Shown here in pieces: positions 40,935-53,730 of a DNA stretch of 64,000 bases. The notes beneath the pieces were generated by a model. It was not told the origin of the DNA. It did no database searches and saw only the letters and a program-made list of their open reading frames with translations. Each line of letters starts with the position of its first letter. Position 1 is the stretch's first letter. Where the stretch lies: positions 62,001 to 126,000 of the forward strand of contig JADIIX010000006.1 in assembly GCA_027604505.1 (NCBI GenBank), written 5' to 3'. A program made the translations under genes and the position numbers. Source of the stretch: Gonapodya sp. JEL0774. Its lineage: Eukaryota.

Positions 40935-41448
40935 TTTATTAGATTCCCTCACTCTGCCCCTGGCGGAGGGATCAGATACGACCCTTTTGCCTTTCCCTCT
41001 GCTACAATGTCCCTCATTCCGGTAAAAGTGCGTTTGCACTCCTGCATCGGTATAATTGCATTAGACATGCTATTTTGTATCTTTTCACCAAGTAATTGTC
41101 ATTTCAAGAGATCGAACCGTCAAAATCCAGGGTTGGCAGATTAGCATTGTGAGATGTGCAAGAGGTACATAACTCCATGTAGCTTTCTAAACACTGGTTA
41201 CAACACTGCTGTGAGAAATCGAGCAATAAAACATGAACTGAGGGGAGTCAGTACACACTTCTCAATTTCCTGAATCTCAAACCGTCATTGACCGACCCAT
41301 CCAAAACCTTCCCCTTCCTGATTCGTGTTCCTCAACCGCACAGAATAACATTAACGTGGGATCCCAAATTCATGCACTAGCACTTTATTCACAATAACAA
41401 TAGCTCTTGCGTACCAATGCCCACTACACCCCGCACCACGCCCTCTTC

Positions 41449-44060
41449 CTAGTCAAACTCTCCAAACCTCTGCCAAATGTTGAGTCCGTACTTCTCCCCC
41501 TTCAGAGGCGGTGTGCCTGCGTGGAGAGTCCTGAGCGGATAATTCAGAGTTCACGACGGAAAAGAATGAGGCAAGAGGCGTGACAAGTACGACGTGAGAG
41601 TTGGTGAGGTTGCACCAGACAATCTTCAACCGACATGTGGCTTACCTCTGGTCTCCATTCCCTTGAGGATCCACATTAACCCAAAACGCCGCTCTAGACA
41701 CAAGCGGGAGGAGAAAAATAACGTTGAAAGAATCGGATATGAGCACAAATAATAATAAACAGATTGGGGAATAAAACGGGTGGAAGAGCATCTCTATGCC
41801 CTTACGGCCGAAACCGCCACTCGTGGCAAATGTGGAGATGACACGAATGAGATTTCAACTCACCGTCCTTTTTTGGGCCAGCTACACAACCACGTGTCCC
41901 GATGGATGAATTTGAGGAACCACGTTGCCAGGATGTGCACGCAAGGAAAGACGATTCATACGAGTGTCAGTGTGTCGTCATCAATCGCAACATCAAACAG
42001 GCTTCCTTGAACCACTTCCTAACTCACACCGACACACCTCCCTCAGCGTCCACGCCAAAGTTCCCCGTGACTGGCTTTCCAGTCACGTTGACGTGAGGAA
42101 ACCATGTCTTGCCGCCCGACTCTACGTCGTTGAGGTATACAAAGCTGGATTTGATTCGAGGCCGCGGGCGGGGTGAGATTGGGGATACGCGATCACAATG
42201 GGGTCGAATGCAAGAGAAACATGCCCACACAGAGCGATTGGACGGAAATATTTGAGTGAAATCATGACATTCCAGAGACGCTATCCGTGAGAAAGTCTTC
42301 TGACGGATAAACACTTACAAAGTTGTCACCCTTTGCCCTCCTCTCAGAAGGTGAGGTGCCGAAATGGGATCCTGGGGGGGGAACCAGTCATGGTGGACCT
42401 TGTAGGCCCAAGAACAGCGAAGAGGCGTGTGGGAGGGGGCGCAGGCGAGACAATGTCAACTATTTGCCTTCTAAAGTAAGGAGGGAGCCGTTTTCTTGGA
42501 AAGTGACTCAAAGATCCGCGCCCGGGCTCTATCCGGCAAGCTTTGATTTGTGATTTTGGTAAATCATTCGAAATACTTGCTCTGCACGGTGCCCTGTGAT
42601 GGTTCACTCCATAAGAGTTCCGAGTCTAACGACTTCCCAGTCGGCTCTGCTCTATTCTCCTACGCCTTTGATCTCCCCCGCCGCCCCCCACTCACCTTGT
42701 ACTGCTTTCCTTCCTCGTAGTGCACACTCTGCAATGATTCCGTGTTCCGGACGGGATACCCCGAGAATGCGGCGGCGCGTGCTTCGACGCAGCGGATGAC
42801 GGGATCACCAGAGCGACTACGGGGGACAGGAGAGGGGATGGATACGTCTGACACTTTACACTCACCGGCTTTCACACGGTCTATTGATTCACTCACGGTA
42901 AGTACGCCGTGCTACTTGTCCGGTAATCAGAAACTACGCGGAACTCTTTGTTGGTCTCGTCGTCTGTCTCTGAGACGACAGTGGAGCGGCTGTAGAGGGG
43001 CTTGCTGGCACATGGGAAGAGAAGCGTTGAAAGAAATGAGTATGGATACCGGGTGATGAATACTTGGTCAACACTCCGGTCAGATGACAACTCTGCTCAT
43101 TTTCCTGTTGCGTCTCCAAACTGGAAGTCACTAAGTGTATAGCCTCTCGAACCACTACTACGCATCTACACCTCTCAACTCACGCCAATTCAATTAAATG
43201 CTCTGACTCGCCGATGCGGAGGAAACTGTCAATCACGAACAGGAGAGGATCTCTGGTTCATAGCGGGGTGATCATTTTGTGGCAGTGGGGTGCAGACAAA
43301 AGGTCAAATGGTGAGAAAGGGGCTGTGTTGGCCAGTTAGGGCATATGTGATTGGGAGGAAATGTCCCGTTGATTCCACCTGTCTGAACCCATTGCATACC
43401 GTTCAAGCAATTATCCAGAGTAGCATACAGGCATCCCCAGACATGTGCAAATGTCCACTTTGACGCGATGCAACTCAATTGAATTGTATGGGTCCTCGTT
43501 ACCAACCTACTGATCATGTGGACACCCGAAAAGGTGGTGTCACACTCGTACCTGGGATATTGAACAAAGTAAGTGAAGGAATTAATTAATTCGAAAGCTA
43601 ATAGAAAGATGTCAAAGTTTCATTTGCCACAAAAGTCTCGGTGGAGAGGTGGTCGCACCGGAGGCGATCTTGAGACTCACTCGTCCAACGTGGACCAAGG
43701 TTTTCCTAGCAAGCCATCGGCATTCTTGTAAGCCACTATTTTGTGTCCCTCAATTGGTTTGACGTCGAGCGGGGGCTTTGAAGGTTTCCCCAGCGCGGAG
43801 AATGGGACACGGAAGGGGGAGTTGATGACAGGGGGAAGTTGCGGGGCGGGAGAGGGCTGCACGACGGTAGAGGAAGGAAACAGGAACGAGCTATATGCAG
43901 GGATGTGGAGTGCGAGGGAGAGGCCGAGAAGAAGGAGGAGAGGGAGGGAGAAGGTAGTCGAAGCCGAGTTTGATGCCGATGCCGCTGGAGACGAAACCGG
44001 TGCGCCCTTTGAGCCATTCTGCTTAGCCATAGTTGCGGAGGACGGCTGGGTTGTCGCCAT
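41449..44060 (-). CDS. Prolyl 4-hydroxylase alpha subunit with N-terminal signal anchor (plant/algal-type P4H), multi-exon
   Basis: TM LPLLLLLGLSLAL; ISR|DPLLFVIDSFL; RSTVV...RTSSTAYL; ESLQSVHYEEGKQYK|VHHDWF (HxD); GGQRVTTF|FVYLNDVESGGKTWFP; TLHAGTPPLKGEKYGLNIW. Confidence 0.9.
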
Positions 44061-44205
44061 TGCGGGTCTGGCGGTCACAACTGTTTGTACTGCGTTACTG
44101 TGGGGAGGTGGCAGGGACGGTGACCAAGCCAGGCAGAACTCACTCGTGCCTCGTGCCTCGGGTCCAGGTCGCGCTTTCTTGAAATTTTGAAATACAAAAA
44201 AATTG

Positions 44206-45888
44206 ATGGATCTCGGACTTGAACGAATTCGTCGTCTCCTTCATGTTCTTGGTAATCCTCAGCGGGCGTACGACGTCATTCATGTTGCTGGCACGAACGG
44301 GAAAGGGTGAGTGAGATAAAGTGAAAGCAGACGGTCCAATATAGAGTCATCCAAGAAGTGTCTTTTTCTCAGATGATGAGCGACATGGTCTTTTATTAGT
44401 CTGTGCGGCATATGTTATCCATCCATGTTCCTGGAATCATCTTCTGAATCATCCGTTAGATTGCTCACGTTACCCATTAAAACTCTCGACCTCAGCTCCA
44501 TATGCGCCACCCTCGCCACCTTGCTGCATCACACCTCCACATCTACCCACCGCCCGCTGCGCATCGCCCGTCTCACGTCCCCGCATCTCCTCCACCCGTC
44601 CGACTCACTATCCCTCAACGACAGTCCTGTTTCACCATCGACTTACTCCGCCGCCCTCTCTCACGTCTCTTTGATAGACTCCAAGCATGGTATAGGCTGC
44701 ACTTCATTCGAGCTCGCCACCGCTGCGGCACTATCACTCTTTCAGGAGAAAGAAGTCGATCTGGCAGTTGTGGAAGTCGGCCTCGGTGGCCGACTCGACG
44801 CGACTAACGTCTTTGACGATCCCGCCAACCCACCCATCACTGTGCTCGCGTCCGTGGGACTTGACCATACCGCCCAGCTTGGCCCAACTGTGCGCCATAT
44901 CGCCACCGAGAAGTGTGGAATTTTCAAGAAAGGCTGCATTGCCGTGATTAGCCCACAACAATTCGCAACTGAGGTCCGGGAAGTTGTGCAGCGGGAGGCT
45001 GAGCGTGCTGGGGTGGCGCAAGTGGTGTGGGTAGAACGCGCAGAATGGGTCGAGAAAGCAGGGCGCGAGGGCACGTTGCTCACACCAGCACCATCGACAT
45101 CGAGTTCGGCTCCCCCAGCGGAGCCATTTTCGCTCGCTCTTGGCGCTTTCCCCGCCGATCACCCGTCACCCCCTCGCCTGGCCCACATCCCGTCACCACC
45201 CAACTCGATGTACCCTCCTTTAACATATCCCCTTTCACTGCCGGGTGCTTTCCAACTATCGAACTCCGCTACTGCCATCGCGGCACTCCGCGCTCTGGTC
45301 AACCGTTCCAATATGAAGGAGAAGTACGCAAGGGCAGCCGATCCGGAAACGATCGCACGGGGCATGGCTGCGGTGAAGTGGCCTGGCAGATTAGAGTGGC
45401 GGACAATAGGTACGATGGAGAGTGTGGATAAACGTGGTAATGGTCGAGCATGGTTCTTGGTCGACGGGGCACACAACACGCAGTCTGCGATCGCTTTGCG
45501 AACATATATTGACGGCTGGCTCGCCTCTCGCCACGGACCCGCCACTGACACCCTCCCTCCTGTAACGTGGGCCCTCGCGCTCGCCGCCCACAAATCCCCC
45601 ACGGACGTTCTCCCTCACCTCCTTCGCCCTGGTGACATTGTGCACACTGCGACGTTCCCCACGCCAATTGGCATGCCGTGGGTTTCCGCGACACCGCACG
45701 CAGCACTCGCAAGTGCAGTGGTGGATTGCGGTGCCACCACTGCGGGTGAAGTGCGTGACTGGGATGTGTTGAAGAAGGTCGTGGACGACGCGTGGAGGAA
45801 CGGTGGGGTTTGTGTCGTAGCTGGCAGCTTGTATTGGGTGGGGGAAGTGAGCAGGTGGATGAAGGAGGGGACGATGGAGAACAATTAG
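44206..45888 (+). CDS. FOL3: Dihydrofolate/folylpolyglutamate synthetase (FolC family), 1 intron
   Basis: [12 protein letters not shown]...[53 protein letters not shown]. Confidence 0.9.
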
Positions 45889-46354
45889 GAGGTGAAGATA
45901 AAGACTCGTGGACATGGTTCTTTGGCTCTACACCAGTAGAGTACTGGAAAAGCGACGCAGGAAGAAGTCAACTCGAGGATGATTCTCAGAATATTTACCA
46001 ACACACCGTACCTTTACGCAACGTAGTGAAAGGCAGATGTATTAGGAAGGGGCAAAATGTGTCGCTCGCAGTCTTTACATGTGTGCAACTTCGTGGCAGG
46101 AATGGTGTTTCACTCATACACAAGCCCTCCTGCCATCCGAAAGCCGAGCAAGATTCATCGCTCATACTTGACTTAGCGTTACATAAATTGATGGCACGTT
46201 CGCTACTCCATCCTTTTCTCCCGATCTCCATTGCCGGTTGTACTCCAATCCAGCATCCGCAACCCAACGTAGAGCAATGTTTTGGGTTGTTGACGTCATC
46301 TTCTTCATGATACAAACTTATTTTTTTACTCTCCGAGAAGTTATTAGACCGATC

Positions 46355-47908
46355 ATGTCGATTCAGTCAGCTGATATGCCCCAAGAAGGGCCGAGGCGCT
46401 GCCACGACCTCTATCGTCTCACCTCCCGCCCCGTTACTGACTATCCCCGGGCATCCGTCCTCCAGGAACATGATTTAGAGCGACAAGATCAAAACATTGA
46501 AGCCTTGGAGAACCGGAATAACTGCGAGCGAGGCACGTCTGAGGAGAAGAGGGGATTTTTGGCTCGCTTGGGAAGAATTCTGTTCGTGGGAACACTCGTA
46601 CACCCGCCCGTCGACATGGGAACCAATTTGTGGGACACGCCATGGGTGGGCTATGAGGATTTGACAATGTGAGTCTGCGTATTGTAATTTTTGGTGAGAC
46701 GGGACGACTCCAGGTTTGATTGTTCAAGCGTGTAGTTACCACCCAACGACGTTCTCCACAAGTTGGTATCGTCTCTTTCTCCACAACACTCCACTTTTCA
46801 GACGATTGCGTCGCTTCTTTTCGACCTTCTCGGCAAGATCTAATTCAAACTAGGGCATCCACATTGAACAGGAACTGGCAACTCCTTCCTCGTTCCCTAT
46901 ACCTGCGTCCCGCCTCTCCACTTACCGCGGCTCTCTTTCCATGACAGTTGTACCCACGTTGCACCATAACTCACTCCTCACACCCCCGAACTGGCCAACA
47001 ACTCGTCGACACCGCTGGTCTCGTGTTTGGCCAGCCCCATGCTCGTGGCGTTTCTGGGACCATTGGTGTCTTTTGTGGTTTTGGGGTATGCGGATCAGGC
47101 AACAAGAGGTGGTATTGGGGAATCAGATATTCGGTTCATGGCTATGTCTTTTGGAGCTACAGTTGTGTTGACGGATCGAGTTGCCAGTTATGCTATGAAC
47201 CAAGCCGCTGAAGGGTCACCGAACTCAGTTCACATCTCAAACCCGTCAAGTAGTACTTCTCTTTGCTGGTACGGCAACCCCACTCAGCCAGCCGCCGTAA
47301 GCGGGGCTTATATTCGCCCTTCCACTTTTCTCACGTTCACAGCTGTTTCCGTTTTATTGACATTTGTTTCACGAACATCTTTGGAGGACAAATAATATCG
47401 CGTGCATTACGTTGGGAATTCGGTAAGAACTTTCCTTCTTGGTACTGGGTGACCTGTTTCATATCATTCCCGCTCACAGCAACTGTGTTTCAGCCAAGCC
47501 CATAGCGGCGGGTCTTTCAACAGGCCTGCCACTTGTGGCGATGGAAGTGGGTGATATGTTCTATTTAATGCGTTGACCGCGCTGTCGTGCTGACATTGCT
47601 TCGTTTTGTGTCAAGCTCACAGGCTGTGCCACTGCACTGTTCATATTGGAGATGGAGCCACCTTGGGCTGGTTTTTTGTACGTCGCCATGCCATTGATAA
47701 GTGAGACAAGCACAGATTTTCCGTAAAGACTTTCACGGCGAGTCTACTTCCATCGTTCCCGCCCACAGCTGGGAATATCACTATGTTTCTGATATGCTAC
47801 CTCCTCAATAACGCTGCACCGGCGAGTTTTGCTTTGATCCGGATAGCGGCAGACTTGCACTCACGTTTTCGTACGTAGGGACGACAATTTCCACGGTACT
47901 GGTTATGA
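46355..47908 (+). pseudogene. HPP-family integral membrane protein, apparently damaged (possible pseudogene or assembly error)
   Basis: MSFGAT..., WYGNPTQPAA, NIFGGQII, GCATALF, GFLYVAMPL and LLNNA|GRQFPRYWL* follow the HPP-family layout. However, a frameshift is needed at ~47399 and no HPP codons were found where expected. Confidence 0.6.
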
Positions 47909-48020
47909 TGTAATATGTGTGACATAACGAGGGCAGTAGCGCCGGAGGAGCTGTTGCACTTCTCATTCTCCAATAAAACCCAAAATGCTTTTTATTTCTA
48001 TTCTAAAATAAGATGGAGGT

Positions 48021-49723
48021 TTACTGCGCAGTGTATCCGCCATCGACGGGGATCTAGGACAACAGTGAAGTTGAGTTAAAACGGAGGTTTGCTCACGCAC
48101 GCGTTGTTTCATTAACACACCTCAGCGCCGGTGATAAAGGAGCTTTCTTCAGATGCTAAAAACAGGAAGACATTGGCTATATCGGTTGGGGTTCCAACTA
48201 AAACAGTGTTGCAAAATCAGACAGGAGCACCTTAAGAGAACTTTTAAAGATGAAAACTCACCGCGCTTAAGAGGCGTTGTCCGCTGTATCATCTCATCAA
48301 AATCAGTTCCTTGAGCCTTCATAACGCCTTGACTCAACGGCGTCTCGACGAAGCCCGGGTGAACCTTGATTCAATTCCAGAGATTGTATCACTTCAATTC
48401 ATCACTCAGATAACTTGAAAACCCACCGAGTTCGCACGAATATTGAAATCATTCGAAGCGCAATAAATGGCAGTGGATTTGGTGAACGTCCGGACACCAC
48501 CTCCAGTGGAAGAAACAGTGCCATAAATTGAAGGGAACCGGATAAGAAACGAGGGTCAGCGACATTGCGTTCACACGGGTATCGATTAGCTAACCTTTTG
48601 CTGCCGCATAAGCCGAATTCCTTCCTCCAAAGCCTCCAACCAGTCCCATGATAGAGGAGACGTTGATGATAGATTTAGATTCTACTGCTGTGTTTTTCTT
48701 CATCGAGCGAATAGCCTATATTCAGAAGCGAGAACAAGCGGTCGTGAGAGATGGTGATTACTCTGTTACATGATGGATTACCACAATGTGAACTCAGCTC
48801 ACGTATTTTGTGCCCTGAAGCGAATCAACAGGTTTCATTGAAGGAGAAAGTTGAGGAGTTCATCGTTCAGCTCTTTTTTATCTTCGTAACTATCTCCAAC
48901 ATACCAGGAAGGTGCCATCCAAGTTCCTATAATGTGCGGAAATCACCACTTGAAGTGACGTTTCAACAACGAACAAGTACTTACGGTCCTATTCGCGAAC
49001 GCCATTGGTCTAATGTTTTGTCTTCGAGTGGTGTGCTTTCAGAACCAACGCCAGCGCTGTGCATCGGGGGCCAGAGATTAGATTAACCAATTGAACAACT
49101 ATTCGAAGAGCACGGACATCTAAACTTTCAAATCGCGCACCCCCTGTTTAGGGCTTTCTTCACTTACTTGTTAATCATCACATCAAGCGGACCGAACACG
49201 GCTTCCGCGTGTGCAACTGCGGCTTCCCACTGATCCTCTTTGGTAACATCGAGAGGTACCCAAGTAGCTTGCCCAGGGCCATTTGTATTGATCTCTGAGG
49301 CCCGAATAGATGATGGATCATTTTCCAACCGAACAAATGATGAGGACTCCCACACAAGGTACCTTCTACAGTCGTTTTCGCAGTAGCTTCTTGAGAAGGT
49401 AGATCGGAGATGACCACTCTCGCACCTTCTGATGCAAACATTTTGGCTGACACCCAAAGAAGATGAGTGGAAGTAGTTGAAATGGCAAACATTTATTCCC
49501 ATAGTTCCCATTGCCCACGTACCCGCTGTGGCACCAAGTCCCCATCCACTTCCACTACCTGAAATAAAGCTGTTCAAAGGCAATCACAAAATGGGTAAGA
49601 TGGTTAGTGGAGAGAAGGAGGACGTTCGATCACCAAAATCGCGCTTCTAACTTACCAGACACGACCCAAACCCGTTGATGTATTCACCATTCGCAAAGGG
49701 CGCTCTGCTGTTCTCGGTGCCAT
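48021..49723 (-). CDS. Short-chain dehydrogenase/reductase, paralog of 38122-39876
   Basis: [79 protein letters not shown]. Intron positions match the first copy wherever compared. Confidence 0.93.
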
Positions 49724-49774
49724 CGCTGATTCGTGAAACTCTGAATCGAAGTTACGCTTTAAATTGGAGCTCGG

Positions 49775-49924
49775 CTAGAAGTGGAGCCGATGGACAAATA
49801 ATGCCCGACACCTTCTCCTTGTTGCGACCCAACTAATAACCACTGTCGACTAGAAGTGGAGTCGATGGACGAACAATGCCCGACACCTTTTACCTGTTGC
49901 CACCCAACTAATAACCACTGTCGA
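49775..49924 (+). repeat. Tandem duplication of a 75-bp unit (49775-49849, 49850-49924)
   Basis: ctagaagtggag[c/t]cgatggac...aatgcccgacacctt...ccaactaataaccactgtcga occurs twice head-to-tail with a few substitutions. Confidence 0.92.
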
Positions 49925-50157
49925 GTTTGTCGATACAACAGAGGAAGGGGTTTCGACAGCCCCGTTTCGGAATTCAACAAGATTTGTCAAACGTATTGTC
50001 ATGACACTTCCAAAGAATTTTGACTCTTTACTTTTGTCAATTATTTTATGATTTTTGGAGTATGGTTTATCACCATGATTCGACCACCTGGGCGAACCTG
50101 CGTTGTTGCTGGAAACCCACTCTTTCAAAATTCAACACCACTGTCCAACAGGGAGAG

Positions 50158-51278
50158 ATGCTTGGTGGATCTAAGACGTCTAAGACGAAAGCGGTCTCCA
50201 AGCCACCAAAACAGGTCGCCAGTCGTGAGCTCTTAGTCTTGCTCTGGGTGTGAGAATTCACAATGACACCACGATTCTAAAATCAGGCCCGAAACCCCAA
50301 AGCGTCCTAAGGCCAAGCCTTTTGGAGGAGCCTAGCGATGAGCCAGATACGCAAGAAGCGGCGGATACAGATGCTGGGTGCGTTTTCTCCCCGAATGATT
50401 CCGGCCAGTTGAGAAGCAACTTTGATCGCACCACTCAGAGAGATTGCACGAATGCTGGGACTCTTCCAAGCCTCTCTCTTGAAAAAGAAGAATGAAAAAG
50501 CGAAGCAGGTGGAAGCAGCAATCAGAGATGTCCGTTCTGTGCCGTCCAGTTGTTGGCGTCCTGTCTGCTGAACGTTCGAATTGGGGAACCTACATAGAAA
50601 CTCGACGGCGCAGCGTTTGAATTACAGGAAAAGATTGATTCACATCTCAGTAAAATGTGAGCATGAAATGCCAGCTGAAGCAAGTAGATCCATCTGTCAA
50701 TTGTTAATGTTTGCCCATGATACATACATTCTCTCGCTTCAGTGAAGCAATCGTTGAGGAGCACAAGCGCAAGCGGGACGAAACCATTGATGCTATTGTA
50801 TCGCACACAAAAAAGCTCAAATCTGCTTTCGAACGTCAAGTGGTAATGGCTACCCGAGTTTACTGTTGTGAGTGATGACGTATTCGGTTATCCTTAGGGC
50901 GAGCAGCTTGAAGGAATCGACGAGCTCGAAAGACATATTACTCAAAACAGCAAGACGATCAGGGTTGCTTTAGGTGCTTGGGATAATCTCTGTGAGTTCC
51001 GTCCACCTTGCAGTCCTTTGGTTGATGAAGATTTTCACGGACGTGGTGGTACCTGTCAGCGAGCGCCCAAAGAGCGGAGATCGACACAGCCGTCGAGCAA
51101 ATCCAGGATGAACGCAATCGGTACCGTCTTACGGTTAAAAAGAAATCTAAGGTAGTGCTCTTTTCGCGAGTTCGCGAATACGGTTCCTGACATTGTCGAT
51201 TATGGACAAATTTCTGTTTATCAGGAAGCTGCAGCAAGCAACGCTCAGCAGGCTTTCTCACTCGCCCTTGGCGTTTAG
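50158..51278 (+). CDS. Hypothetical coiled-coil protein (multi-exon)
   Basis: Short exons flanked by GT/AG encode charged helical peptides (EAIVEEHKRKRDETIDAIVSHTKKLKSAFERQ; GEQLEGIDELERHITQKQQDDQ; RAEIDTAVEQIQDERNRYRLTVKKKSK; ...LALGV*). Start uncertain. Confidence 0.5.
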
Positions 51279-51387
51279 ATAGGCTACACGTCCAGATCGG
51301 TTACAACCTCTCTCTTTGCCACATCAATGTTGTCACCGATTCGATTGCCTCAGACAATACAGAACCCAAAATTCGCTTTTAACTGCT

Positions 51388-53561
51388 CTACAACTTCCCT
51401 TTCCCTTTCAACACAACCCCACGCTCCATGTAATCAATAGCCTGTTTGTTCAGACCAGGCACCATGGCTGCGTAGGCCTTGGCAAACGTGCTCGATGCCT
51501 ACGAAGGGAACAAAGAGGAAATGCAGTCAAATATGTCTTCAAATACCGAACGGCAAACTAACCTGCCCACGAGCCTCCCGCACCGCGATACCTTGCATAA
51601 TGACAGCAGATTTGAGACGAGAGAAGCACCTGATTGCCCAGCCAAGCCATGATCGTCAACAAAGTTCCCACCTGCACAACTCAAAACTGAAAACAAGCTC
51701 ACATGCAAAAGTCCCAAACACCCCATACACCCTCTAAGCTTCTCCCCGCTTCATCGGCGTATGCCCGGAGGTAAGCCACTGGATCGTGCTCTTCGTATCC
51801 AGGACCCCGATTGATGGCTGGGGAAGTTGGGGTGAGTGGGCCACCGGCACCTGGTTGCTGGAAGAAAGATCCCAGAAGAGTGGCGACGTCAGCAAGGGGG
51901 TCTTTTATGGAGAGATGGGGATGGGAAGCTGAGGCAAATGCATAAGAAGGGCAACTTAAGTGAACTCACGGCCGATAGTGCTGAGCTCCCAATCCAAGAT
52001 GCCGATGATCCGGGGCTCGGTGTTGTGCACAATGACATTGTGAAGACTAGAATCGCCGTGAACAATGGCGATCTGCGATGTACGCCCCACGAAGTCAATA
52101 CCCTCCTCTGTGTCCCTCAAACACCACTCCCCCACTCACCTCATCCGGGATCATGTTTTTCTGCAACCACGCAACAATATCGTCGAATCTTTCAATTTGG
52201 GGAACAAGAGCACCGTCAGGGTATTTCACTTTCCGCTGTGCCGCGTGAATTTGAGACCAAGTGCGAAGCTGGCGGGGATAAAAGTCTCCGATCTTGTGGA
52301 ATCCCTTTTGACCAGCGAGGCCGCACGCTTTCGGGTCCACTTTGTGCATACGGGCGAAAGTGCGAGCACAGGAAATGTATCTTGAGAGAGTGAGTTGGTG
52401 TGTGCGAGGGAAGATTAGAAGGGGCAGCAGACTCGAGGAATGCTTGTGACTCACATTTCACGGCGGTCCTGAAGGGGCACTTTGAGAAGTCTGGTGTCGG
52501 TAAAAATGCGTCCCTCCAAAAAGTCCATCACGTAGAACTTTGTTGATTTGAAGGTGCCGACTGTCAGAATCCAGGCAAACTCTGGAAAATACACTTGCCG
52601 AGCTCACCATAGCACCCGCAATGCTGCGGTCTTCTTCTAAGAAATATACTTTCGGGACGGGGAGCGAGGTCGTGCTGCAGAGGGCATTAAGTACTCTGAA
52701 CTCGCGGTCGACTAGGGATGTGAAGTGAGGGAATGGGAACAAATATGAGTGACTCTCATAAAAATCGAGTGGTACAGCATCGACATATGATAAGTGTCTT
52801 TGTAAGATGGGCATTTGATCACTCTAGTCCGAGGTCTCCGCGTCAATTCATGAGGGTCTTCAATTTCCAGGTCATGTTCTGTGGTTGCACCAAAGCAGTG
52901 GCGCAAAACAACCAGTCTCAGCCTTTTCTTATCATTTTTTCTTCTCTCCGATGTACAAATGACGATCAGTTACATCACTCTTGTGTGACTCACCTTGATG
53001 AGCGGTGTCTGACACAAGTTCGCCAGGGGGTTTTCTACGGACGACTAAGGCACGACCTTTGGCGTCAGTAATCTTAAAAGTTGGGTTGCCTTCACGGTGA
53101 GCGTTCCGCGGAATAGTTGTTGCGGGTCACGAATGGATTATGCGGCGTGAGATCAGTGAGGAGTACACGTTGAACGGATCTCGCGGTGGACGAAGAGCGG
53201 GATTGGAGCTCACTTTGCCCGCTAGCGAACTTCTTGATCTTGACTAAACACACGCCCATAGGGTGATAGGTGTCCATCGAACTGTGAAATCCCACAATAC
53301 AAAGGATGGATCTTCAAACATCACTCACCCGGTAGTACTAGGTCCGGAATCTTCGCCTTAAGGAATCCAGAGAAAACATCGACATTGAAGTCGGCGGCAG
53401 AGTCGATGGTTTGCTGACCAAGCTCTGAAGTCAACCAAGAGGATCGGGATGTGTCGGAAAGAGTATCCCGTCACCATCCGAAAATGATAATGAGCTGGAG
53501 TGCGCTTTGCCAAGGGGATTGCGCAAGGAATCACACCTGGAACCTCCGAGAATTCAGACAT
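51388..53561 (-). CDS. Aminoglycoside-phosphotransferase-fold kinase, ACAD10/ACAD11 N-terminal-like, multi-exon
   Basis: KKFASGQS|NPTF, RRKPPGELVSDTAHQ|VDREFRVLNAL, LPVPKVY, FYVMDFLEGRIF, RQLRTW, IVHGD...HNVI, ILDWELSTIG. C-terminus -GKL* is PTS1-like. Confidence 0.88.
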
Positions 53562-53730
53562 CGCTGATTGATTTTGAACTTCAATAAAATTTGTGAAAGG
53601 TTGGGAAGCTCCTCAACAGCTGCGGATCCCCATAGTTTGACTTTGGTCACGATGATCTAATTCTTCTTGTGTTCAAGCAGAGCTCAAGTGACAACGCGTC
53701 AACCCGTTTTTGAGCACTGCAACTGCATCG

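Noticed and set aside
49775..49924. Possible CRISPR-like repeat
   Set aside because: Only two head-to-tail units with no spacers or cas genes, in a eukaryotic context.
50330..50360. Short match (cgatgagccaga.ac.caa) to 61158-61176
   Set aside because: About 18 bp with mismatches and no extension; consistent with chance.
50158..51278. Resemblance of the coiled-coil protein to SYCP3/Cor1 meiotic axis proteins
   Set aside because: Only generic charged heptad composition; no specific motif can be supported without a profile search.
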